Shown piece by piece: positions 7,242-14,172 of a DNA stretch of 14,172 nucleotides. The DNA is from Planctomycetota bacterium (GTDB lineage: Bacteria; Planctomycetota; SZUA-567; H5-PLA8): the NCBI GenBank assembly GCA_045863855.1, contig BTVV01000146.1, forward strand, positions 1 through 14,172, written 5' to 3'. How positions within the stretch are numbered: the first letter of the stretch is position 1; every line of letters begins with the position of its first letter. A model generated the notes under the pieces. The model was not told where the DNA came from and searched no databases. It was given only the letters and a program-made list of their open reading frames with translations. The translations under genes and the position numbers were made by a program.

Positions 7242-8519
7242 ATGGCCGGCGCGGGAACGGGCACGCTCCTGATTCGCCATGCGGCGGAGTTGGCCAGCGT
7301 GGCGGGCCCCGATGCCGCGCGCGCGGGCGCCGCTCAAGGGCAGCTTGAACTGATTCCCGACGGCGCGGTGTACTGCGTCGGCGAACGGATCGCGGCGGTG
7401 GGTCCGACCGCGGAAGTGCTGCGCGCGCATCCGGAAGCGGCGCGCGCCGACACGGTGCTCGATGCCTCGGGACGCGCGGTGATCCCGGGGCTGGTGGACG
7501 GCCACGCGCACCCGGTCTTCGCGGGCGACCGCAGCGACGAGTACGCCGAGCGGTTGCGCGGGACGCCGTACCTCGAGATTCTCAAGCGCGGCGGCGGGAT
7601 TCTGAAAAGCGTGCGATTGACGCGCGCGGCGTCGCACTCCGAATTGCTCGCCGGGTTGCGCGAACGCCTGGACCGCGCGCTGGCGCTGGGCACAACGACG
7701 CTGGAAGCCAAAACGGGCTACGGGCTGGACGAAGCCACCGAGCGGAAGATGCTTGAGGTGATCCGAGCGGCGAACGCCGGAGACGGACGGCATCCGGTCG
7801 ATCTGGTCCCGACGCTGCTGCACGCGCACGCGGTGCCGCAGGGGATGACCGCCGACCAGGTGGTGGCCGAAGCGGTGGACGCGACGGCGCGCCTGGCGCC
7901 GCTGGCCGAGTACGTGGATGTCTTTTGCGAGCGCGGCGTCTTCGATGTCGCGCAGTCGCGGAAGGTGCTGGAGGCCGGTAAGCGCGCGGGGCTGAAAGTT
8001 AAAGTTCATGCCGAAGAGTTGTGCCTGCTGGGCGGGGCGAAGCTGGCGGCGGAACTGGGCGGGACGAGCGCCGACCATCTGTGCTTCACCGACGACGCGA
8101 CGCTGGCCGCGATGCGCGCGTCCGGGACGGTGGCGGTATTTTTACCGGGGACGCCGTTCGTGCTGCGCATGGCGTACAGCGACGCGCGGCGCTGGATCGC
8201 CGCTCAGGTGCCGGTGGCGTGCGCGACAGATCTGAATCCCAACTGCTTCTGCGAGTCGCTCCCGTTTGTCTTTACGCTGAGCGTATACGAGATGAAGATG
8301 ACGCCGGCGGAAGCGCTGGTGGCGGTGACGATCAACGCGGCGGCGGCGCTGGACCGCGCGCACGAAATCGGGAGCCTGAAGCCGGGGAAGCTCGCCGACC
8401 TCGTCATCCTCAACGGCCCGTCGTACCTGCACCTGGGCTACCACGTGGGCGGGAACCCGGTGCGAACGGTGGTGAAGCGCGGGCGCGTGGTGGTTCGCGA
8501 CGGGCGCTTTACCGCCTGA
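7242..8519 (+). CDS. hutI: Imidazolonepropionase
   Basis: PGLVDGHAHPVFAGDRSDE, GGGIL.SVR.TR, GTTTLEAKTGYGL, AHAVP, DVFCERGVF, HAEEL, SADHL, TDLNPN and GKLADLV. ATG 7242 follows GGAGG, 1 nt after the hutG stop. Confidence 0.96.
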   Translation: MAGAGTGTLLIRHAAELASVAGPDAARAGAAQGQLELIPDGAVYCVGERIAAVGPTAEVLRAHPEAARADTVLDASGRAVIPGLVDGHAHPVFAGDRSDEYAERLRGTPYLEILKRGGGILKSVRLTRAASHSELLAGLRERLDRALALGTTTLEAKTGYGLDEATERKMLEVIRAANAGDGRHPVDLVPTLLHAHAVPQGMTADQVVAEAVDATARLAPLAEYVDVFCERGVFDVAQSRKVLEAGKRAGLKVKVHAEELCLLGGAKLAAELGGTSADHLCFTDDATLAAMRASGTVAVFLPGTPFVLRMAYSDARRWIAAQVPVACATDLNPNCFCESLPFVFTLSVYEMKMTPAEALVAVTINAAAALDRAHEIGSLKPGKLADLVILNGPSYLHLGYHVGGNPVRTVVKRGRVVVRDGRFTA

Positions 8520-9384
8520 ACTGCCGCTTCAAATACTCCAGTGGCGTGATGCCTTCCACCTCCCGGAAGACTCTCGAAAAGTAGAACGGGCTGCTGAAGC
8601 CCAATTCGCGCGCGACGCTTTTCACGGTTGCGTTCGGGCGTGCGAGCAACCGGCGGCTCTCGCGGATGCGCAGCCAGCGCACGCGGTCCACCACGGTGAT
8701 CCCCGTCTCGGCCTTGAAGCGGTGGGCGAGGCTGCTGACGGAGAGGCCCAGTTCGGCGGCCAGTTCGTCCAGCGAGGGCGGCGCGGCAAGCGTACGGCTC
8801 AGGGCGGCGTCCACCTGTTCGAGGAGCGCGCCGGCTCCGGCGGCCGCGGCGCTTTCGGGATCGCGCAGGCGCCAGGGATCGGCCGGCGTGCCGGCGCCTT
8901 CGCGCGCGGCCAGCGCCACGTGGCCCACAATCGCCAGCAGGTACGCGTGGAGGAGGTTCTCGCGCCCGGGTTCGCCGCGCTGCTGGAGCGCGAACATGCG
9001 GCGGACGATGGGCGGGAGGATGCTTTCGGGATCGGCGATGCGCGCGAAGCGGTGACGTTCGAAGAACGGATGCGCGCGTTCGAGGGTGAAGAAGAGCCAC
9101 ATGTCTTCGCGGCGGTTCTCGGGTTTGTCGTAGCGTTCGTGGTAGGCCACGCCGGGCGCGTAGAGGTGCCAGGTGCCCGAAGGCCGGGGGTGCGCCGCGC
9201 GCGTGCCGGGCGGGTGCTCCACGTCCACCCACGCGCCTTCCCAGCCGCAGTAATCGAGGGTCCAGTACTTCTGCCGGATCGGGCCGGTCCACAAGCCGCT
9301 CGTGTGTACGGGCCGCGTGCGGCGCTGGTGCTGGACGTGGGTCAGGCGGACCGGCGGCGAATCGTGCAAAATAGTATATGCCAT
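8509..9384 (-). CDS. AraC family transcriptional regulator
   Basis: C-terminal double HTH SLDELAAELGLSVSSLAHRFKAETG...RIRESRRLL...VKSVARELGFSSPFYFSRVFREVEGITPLEY and an N-terminal cupin-like part (WHLYAPGVAYHE). Start taken at ATG 9384 (MAYTIL); 9444 is an alternative. Confidence 0.92.
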   Translation of the reverse strand: MAYTILHDSPPVRLTHVQHQRRTRPVHTSGLWTGPIRQKYWTLDYCGWEGAWVDVEHPPGTRAAHPRPSGTWHLYAPGVAYHERYDKPENRREDMWLFFTLERAHPFFERHRFARIADPESILPPIVRRMFALQQRGEPGRENLLHAYLLAIVGHVALAAREGAGTPADPWRLRDPESAAAAGAGALLEQVDAALSRTLAAPPSLDELAAELGLSVSSLAHRFKAETGITVVDRVRWLRIRESRRLLARPNATVKSVARELGFSSPFYFSRVFREVEGITPLEYLKRQFRR

Positions 9385-9460
9385 AAGCAGGATATTCCCA
9401 TTGGCCAAGGGTATCTTACTCAGGAATGTAGATCGATCTTGCAAAATTCAGCATATCACG
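9361..9460. promoter_or_regulatory. AT-rich divergent control region between araC and the aminotransferase operon
   Basis: Direct repeat ATCGTGCAAAAT (9361-9372) / ATCTTGCAAAAT (9436-9447), palindrome AGATCGATCT (9430-9439) and imperfect dyad 9391-9415 centred on TTGGCCAA. Confidence 0.5.
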
Positions 9461-9472
9461 AGGAGAGCCGCG

Positions 9473-10783
9473 ATGAGCCACGCCGTAGCCGCCGAAGAAC
9501 TGGCCGCCCTGGGGGGCGCGAAATCCGTGACCGCGCCGCGCACCGCGTGGCCGTACCTGACCGACGAGGAGATCGACGCGGTTCGCGAGAACCTCGTCAA
9601 GGGGCGGACCGATTGGACGTACCTGTGCGCGGCGCCGAAGGGCGGTCCGGGCGGGGCGCTTGAAGAACGCCTGGCGCGCGAACTGAACGTCCCGTTCGTC
9701 GTGGCCACGGCGGGCGGCGGTCCGGCGCTGCATATCGCCTGCATGAGCGTGCTGGAGATGGGCGACGAGGCGATCGTGACGCCGTACTCGTGGGGGCAGA
9801 CGGTCTCGTGCATCCTGCAGGCCGGCGGCGTGCCGATCTTCGCCGATATCGATCCGGAGACGCTGACGCTGGACCCGAAGAGCGTCGAGGCACGGATCAC
9901 GCCGCGCACGAAGGCGATCGTCGTCGTCCACATCGGCGGGATTCCGGCCGACCTCGAGGGCTTGGCGGCCGTCGCGCGCAAGCACGGGGTGGCGCTGATC
10001 GAAGACTGCGCGCAGGCGCAGGGGTCGCTCTACAAAGGCCGCCCGGTCGGAACCTTCGGGGACTTCGGATGCTTCTCGCTGGGCTCGGGGAAGAACATCG
10101 CGGCCGGCGAGTGCGGCGCGCTGGTCTGCCGGACGCGGGAGCACTTCGAACGCGCGCTGCTGGCGGGCATGCACCCGGCGCGGAACTTCGCGGAGATTCA
10201 GGATCCCGAGCGGCGCAAGTGGATCGACAGCTTGATCTACACGTACCGCGTCAACGCCATCAGCGCGGGGCTGGCGGTGAAGCAAATGGACCGGCTGGAC
10301 GAGATGAACGGCTGGCGGCGCGCGAATGCGCGCGGGCTGGCTGAGCGGCTGGCCGGGGTGCCGGGCATCCGCCCGCAGCGCCTGCCGGCCGACCGCGATC
10401 CGGCGTGGCATATGATCACCTGGACTTTCGTGCCCGAAGAAGTTCCCGGCGTGACGCGCAAGCAGTACGTCAAAGCGCTGCAGGCCGAAGGGGTGCCCCT
10501 AGGGAGCGGCTACGTCGGGACGCCAATCCACCTGCGCCCGGTCTTCCAGCAGAAGCGCACGCATTTCGGGCGGGGCTATCCGTGGGCGGCGCATCCGGAG
10601 GGCGAACGCATCGTGTACCGCGCGGGCGATTGCCCGGTGGCCGAGCGGCGCTGCGCGGAACTGGACCTGACGCTGGGCGGCGGCGCGTGGATGCGCGACG
10701 AAGCGCTGCTGCTGGACCAGATCGCCGCGGCCTTCCGGAAAGTAACTTCGCAAATCGAACGCGTGAAGGAGATCCAGGCATGA
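9473..10783 (+). CDS. DegT/DnrJ/EryC1/StrS family PLP-dependent aminotransferase
   Basis: GGVPIFADIDPETLTLDP, ITPRTKAIVVVH, IEDCAQAQG and FSLGSGKNI.AGECG (PLP Lys). ATG 9473 follows GAGGAG; the ORF-track start at 9302 would overlap araC. Confidence 0.92.
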   Translation: MSHAVAAEELAALGGAKSVTAPRTAWPYLTDEEIDAVRENLVKGRTDWTYLCAAPKGGPGGALEERLARELNVPFVVATAGGGPALHIACMSVLEMGDEAIVTPYSWGQTVSCILQAGGVPIFADIDPETLTLDPKSVEARITPRTKAIVVVHIGGIPADLEGLAAVARKHGVALIEDCAQAQGSLYKGRPVGTFGDFGCFSLGSGKNIAAGECGALVCRTREHFERALLAGMHPARNFAEIQDPERRKWIDSLIYTYRVNAISAGLAVKQMDRLDEMNGWRRANARGLAERLAGVPGIRPQRLPADRDPAWHMITWTFVPEEVPGVTRKQYVKALQAEGVPLGSGYVGTPIHLRPVFQQKRTHFGRGYPWAAHPEGERIVYRAGDCPVAERRCAELDLTLGGGAWMRDEALLLDQIAAAFRKVTSQIERVKEIQA

Positions 10784-11643
10784 AGACCGTTTTCGTGGCG
10801 GCCTACGATACCGAAGCGGCGGACCGTTGCCGAAAGGCATGCGAACGGATCGTCGAAGTGCATCACGAGATGAACGTGCCGGGTACGTTCTTCATCGTCT
10901 CGAAGCTGCTCGAAGGCGCCGAGCGGACGGACTACAAGCGGCTGCTGGACGCGCCGAAGTTCGAGATCGCGAGCCACAGCGCGACTCATCCGCTTCTGCG
11001 CGACCATCCGGCGCTGGACGGAAAGGGCGTCTCGTGGGAGCAGGTGCAGACGGAAGTGCGCGGAAGTAAGGCGACGATCGAAGACTGCTTCGGGCGTCCG
11101 TGCATCGGCTTCCGCACGCCGTGCGGTTTCGAAGACGGCCTGGGCGACCGGGCCTTGATCGAACTGGTCGCGCAAAGCGGGTACGCGTATTCGAGCAGCG
11201 TCGGCTGGGGTCCGAAGTACTCGCTCCCGGTGCCGATCCTGCCCGTGCGCACCTACGCGGCCGAGGGCTGTCCCGACTTGTGGGAGTATCCGCTGCAGGG
11301 CTGGCACGAAAACGTACTGAAGGGGCACAACGCGACGCCGGGGCGCTTCCTGCTCTGGCCGCCCGTGTACCCCGATCACGTCGTCACGCGCTTCGTGAAG
11401 ACGCCGGAAGAAGAGTTCGAAGTGCATCGCTACTTCATCGACAAGGCGATCGAATTGGAGCACGAATACGCTACGCTGATCTGGCATCCGTGGTCGCTGG
11501 GCAAGTTCGATCCCGAGATGCGCATGCTGAAGCTGTGTTTCGAGTACGTGCGCGCGCGGGGCCTGGAGTGCATCACCTTCGCCGAGTTGCACGCGCGCCA
11601 GGGACGGATGCCCGCGCGGACGCTGGCGGCGGTACAAGCGTAG
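10780..11643 (+). CDS. Polysaccharide deacetylase family protein (CE4/NodB-like de-N-acylase), no signal peptide
   Basis: AYDTE (motif 1 variant), GTFFIV, EIASHSATH (metal-binding His pair), GFRTP and LIWHPW. ATGA overlap with the aminotransferase stop; SD AAGGAG. Confidence 0.85.
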   Translation: MKTVFVAAYDTEAADRCRKACERIVEVHHEMNVPGTFFIVSKLLEGAERTDYKRLLDAPKFEIASHSATHPLLRDHPALDGKGVSWEQVQTEVRGSKATIEDCFGRPCIGFRTPCGFEDGLGDRALIELVAQSGYAYSSSVGWGPKYSLPVPILPVRTYAAEGCPDLWEYPLQGWHENVLKGHNATPGRFLLWPPVYPDHVVTRFVKTPEEEFEVHRYFIDKAIELEHEYATLIWHPWSLGKFDPEMRMLKLCFEYVRARGLECITFAELHARQGRMPARTLAAVQA

Positions 11644-11652
11644 GAGGCTCCA

Positions 11653-12462
11653 ATGCCGGCTGCTATGCGACTCTGGATCTTTCTGCTGCTGGCCGGCGGC
11701 GTGTTGGGCGCGGCGGAGCAACCCGAAGCGATGGATCAGGAATTCAAAGCGCAGGCCGACGGGACGGTGCAGCGTTACGTCGAACTGCTGCCGCCGGGTT
11801 TCGATCCCGCCAAGCCGCACGATCTGCTGATCGCGCTGCACGGGCACGGTTCGGACCGCTGGCAGTACATCAAGGAAGCGCGGGGCGAGTGCAAAGGCGC
11901 GCGCGACGTGGCGGCCAAGCACGGCCTGATTTTCGTTTCGCCCGATTACCGCGCCCGGACTTCCTGGATGGGGCCGCTGGCCGAGGCCGACGTGGTGCAG
12001 CTCATCGGGCTGCTGCGCCAGAAGCACAAGATCGGGAAGGTGTTTCTCGCCGGCGGGTCGATGGGCGGGACGTCGGTTCTGATCTTCGCGGCGCGGCATC
12101 CGGAGCTGATCGCGGGCGTTTCGTCGCAAAACGGAACGGCGAACCTGGTCGAGTACGAGAACTTTCTCGACGCGATCGCGGCTTCGTACGGCGGCACCAA
12201 GGCGCAGAAGCCCGAGGAGTATCGCGGGCGCAGCCCCGAACTGATGCCGGAGAAGCTCACGATGCCGCTGGCTTTTACCGTGGGCGGAAAGGATACGGCC
12301 GTGCCGCCCGATAGCGTGCGCCGGCTGGCCGCGGCCCTGAAAGCCAAAGGCCGCCAGGACGTGCTCCTGATCGACCGCCCTGCCGCCGGGCACGCCACGA
12401 ACTACGAAGATACTGCCGCGGCGCTGGAATTCGTGCTCGCCGCCGCGGCAGCCAAGCGCTGA
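11653..12462 (+). CDS. Secreted alpha/beta hydrolase (esterase / S9-like)
   Basis: Signal-like N-terminus MRLWIFLLLAGGVLGA, LIALHGHGS, SPDYRA, nucleophile elbow GGSMGG, GGKDTAVP (Asp) and AGHAT (His). SD GGAGG. Confidence 0.87.
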   Translation: MPAAMRLWIFLLLAGGVLGAAEQPEAMDQEFKAQADGTVQRYVELLPPGFDPAKPHDLLIALHGHGSDRWQYIKEARGECKGARDVAAKHGLIFVSPDYRARTSWMGPLAEADVVQLIGLLRQKHKIGKVFLAGGSMGGTSVLIFAARHPELIAGVSSQNGTANLVEYENFLDAIAASYGGTKAQKPEEYRGRSPELMPEKLTMPLAFTVGGKDTAVPPDSVRRLAAALKAKGRQDVLLIDRPAAGHATNYEDTAAALEFVLAAAAAKR

Positions 12463-12496
12463 GTCCCGCTTTGCACTTCCCTCCTTTGGCGTGAAC

Positions 12497-12528
12497 TCCT
12501 ATCGTGCTGGTCACTCCGGCACGAAGGA
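12497..12528 (+). promoter_or_regulatory. Stem-loop overlapping the hutH ribosome-binding site
   Basis: TCCT-a-TCGTGCTGG-tcact-CCGGCACGA-AGGA: a 9-bp stem (one G-U) plus a 4-bp extension that pairs the AGGA of the SD. Confidence 0.5.
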
Positions 12529-12537
12529 AGAGCGCGC

Positions 12538-14058
12538 ATGAACGTCGTCGTGGATGGGCGCACCCTGACCTGGCGCGATGCGATCGCGGTGGCGCGCGGC
12601 GGCGCGCGTGTCACGCTCGATGCGGATGCGCGCGTACGGATGACGGCATCGCGCAAGATTGTCGAGGATCATGTCGCGGCCGGCGACGTGGTCTACGGCG
12701 TCACGACCGGCTTCGGCAAGTTCGCCACGGTGCCGATCGCCGCAGCCGATCGCCGGGAACTCCAGGTCAATTTGATCCGCAGTCACGCCGCGGGCGTGGG
12801 AGATCCGTTCGACGAGGATGTCGTGCGCGCAATGCTGCTGCTGCGCGCGAACGCGCTGTCCGTCGGCGCGAGCGGCGTGCGGCCGGTGGTGGCCGAACGG
12901 CTGATCGATCTGCTCAACGCGGGCGTGCATCCGGCGATTCCGGCGGTGGGTTCGCTGGGCGCTTCGGGCGACTTGGCTCCGCTGGCGCACTTGGCGCTGG
13001 TCCTGATCGGCGAAGGCGAAGCTACCTTTAAGGGTGCGAAGCTCGCCGGAGGCGAAGCGCTGAAGCGCGCGGGGCTCGCGCCGCTCACGCTGGAGGCCAA
13101 GGAAGGTCTGGGCCTGCTGAACGGTACACAGGCGATGGCGGCACTGGCGTGTCTGGCGACCGAAGACGCTCATGCGCTCTTGAAGTACGCCGATATCGCC
13201 GGGGCGCTTTCGATCGACGCGACGCTTTCCAGCCGCACGCCCTGCGACCCTGGAATTCACGCGCTGCGCCCGTATCCGGGCGCGCAGGCGAGCGCGTCGA
13301 ACGTGCTGCGGCTGCTGGACGGTTCGAAGATCGTGGAATCGCACGCGCACTGCGCGCGGGTGCAAGATCCGTACAGCTTGCGCTGCTTGCCGCAGGTTCA
13401 CGGCGCGGCGCGCGATGCGCTGGCGCACGTCGAAGCGATGCTGGCGATCGAACTGAACGCGGCGACCGACAATCCGCTGGTGCTGGACGACGGACGCGTA
13501 GTGAGCGGCGGAAATTTTCACGGGCAGCCCATCGCCATCCGCATGGACTACCTTGCATTAGCGCTGCATGAATTGGGCGCGATCTCGGAGCGGCGCGTCG
13601 ACTGGATCATGAATCCCAATCTGACCGATCTGCATGCGTTTCTGGCGCCGCTGGAAGGACTGCACAGCGGGTACATGATCGCGCAGTACACAGCCGCGGC
13701 GGTGGTGAACGAGAGCGCCACGCTGTGCGGGCCGTCGAGTGCGCACAGCATTCCGGTGAGCGGTAACCAGGAAGATCACGTCAGCATGGGGCTGACCGCC
13801 GCGCGCCGCGCGCGCATGGTGCTGGCGAATACGCGGATCGTGCTGGCGATCGAACTGCTCTGCGCGGCCCAAGCGGTGAGCTTGCGGAAACTCGAGACGG
13901 GGCTGGGCCTGCGCCCGGTGCTCGCAAGGCTGCGCCGGGACGTCGCGCCGCTGGAACGCGACCGCGTGGTGGCTAAGGATATCGAAGCCGCACGCGCGCT
14001 GGTGGAAAACGGCGAACTGCTGCGCGAGGCTGAGGCGGCGATCGGGCCGTTGGCGTAG
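12538..14058 (+). CDS. hutH: Histidine ammonia-lyase
   Basis: VYGVTTGFG, NLIRSHAAGVG (SH specificity motif of HAL), MIO-forming GSLGASGDLAPLAH, KEGL.L.NGTQ, RVQDPYSLRC.PQVHGA, TDNPLV, GGNFHG and NQEDHVSMG. Confidence 0.97.
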   Translation: MNVVVDGRTLTWRDAIAVARGGARVTLDADARVRMTASRKIVEDHVAAGDVVYGVTTGFGKFATVPIAAADRRELQVNLIRSHAAGVGDPFDEDVVRAMLLLRANALSVGASGVRPVVAERLIDLLNAGVHPAIPAVGSLGASGDLAPLAHLALVLIGEGEATFKGAKLAGGEALKRAGLAPLTLEAKEGLGLLNGTQAMAALACLATEDAHALLKYADIAGALSIDATLSSRTPCDPGIHALRPYPGAQASASNVLRLLDGSKIVESHAHCARVQDPYSLRCLPQVHGAARDALAHVEAMLAIELNAATDNPLVLDDGRVVSGGNFHGQPIAIRMDYLALALHELGAISERRVDWIMNPNLTDLHAFLAPLEGLHSGYMIAQYTAAAVVNESATLCGPSSAHSIPVSGNQEDHVSMGLTAARRARMVLANTRIVLAIELLCAAQAVSLRKLETGLGLRPVLARLRRDVAPLERDRVVAKDIEAARALVENGELLREAEAAIGPLA

Positions 14059-14131
14059 GTCAAGGACTTGCACCGCGGAGAAGCGCAGGGATGGGAGCAA
14101 CGGCACTCATGCATTCGGGATGGGCCGGCGA

Positions 14132-14165
14132 GAGGCCTGCGGCATTTATGGCCTCCCAGTTCTTT
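14132..14165 (+). terminator. Possible weak intrinsic terminator after hutH
   Basis: GAGGCC (14132-14137) / GGCCTC (14150-14155) stem followed by CCAGTTCTTT; long loop and poor U-tract. Confidence 0.25.
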
Positions 14166-14172
14166 CAAAAAT

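Noticed and set aside
9473..11643. Calling the aminotransferase/deacetylase pair arnB/arnD
   Set aside because: They belong to the same superfamilies, but arnA, arnC, arnT and arnEF are absent and the motifs are divergent.
10780..11643. CE4 enzyme as the N-formylglutamate deformylase of a five-step Hut pathway
   Set aside because: No hutF is present, and the arginase-type HutG makes that step unnecessary.
10576..12393. 605-aa minus-strand ORF and other long antisense or alternative-frame ORFs (e.g. 1058..1972, 5623..6546, 12511..13521)
   Set aside because: They lie opposite or over well-supported genes and carry no recognisable domains.
8500..12480. Target-site duplication or mobile-element ends around the cassette
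   Set aside because: Only short chance-level similarity (CTGA...CCGCTT) at the two ends; no terminal inverted repeats or recombinase.
12538..14058. Phenylalanine/tyrosine ammonia-lyase or aminomutase serving the cassette
   Set aside because: The SH specificity motif (LIRSHAAG) and the presence of hutU, hutG and hutI indicate histidase.

Overview
High-GC, apparently bacterial window (sigma-54-type promoter, AraC regulator, Uma2 remnant; possibly planctomycete-like, but this is not demonstrable). Left part: 5' end of fdhD (missed by the ORF track) coupled to a small membrane protein, a divergent NagD-like HAD-IIA phosphatase behind a sigma-54-type promoter, a cytoplasmic sulfite-oxidase-family molybdoenzyme, an NHS-family MFS transporter and a deleted Uma2 endonuclease remnant. 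Right part: a complete four-step histidine utilization set in the order hutU-hutG-hutI-//-hutH. By my recollection of the families, its proteins carry haloarchaeal-type rather than typical bacterial signature residues. The set is split between hutI and hutH by a ~4 kb cassette: a divergent AraC regulator, an atypical DegT/DnrJ PLP aminotransferase, a CE4/NodB deacetylase and a secreted alpha/beta hydrolase. No rRNA, tRNA, CRISPR array, transposase or integrase was seen. Family calls rest on motifs read by eye; no searches were run.
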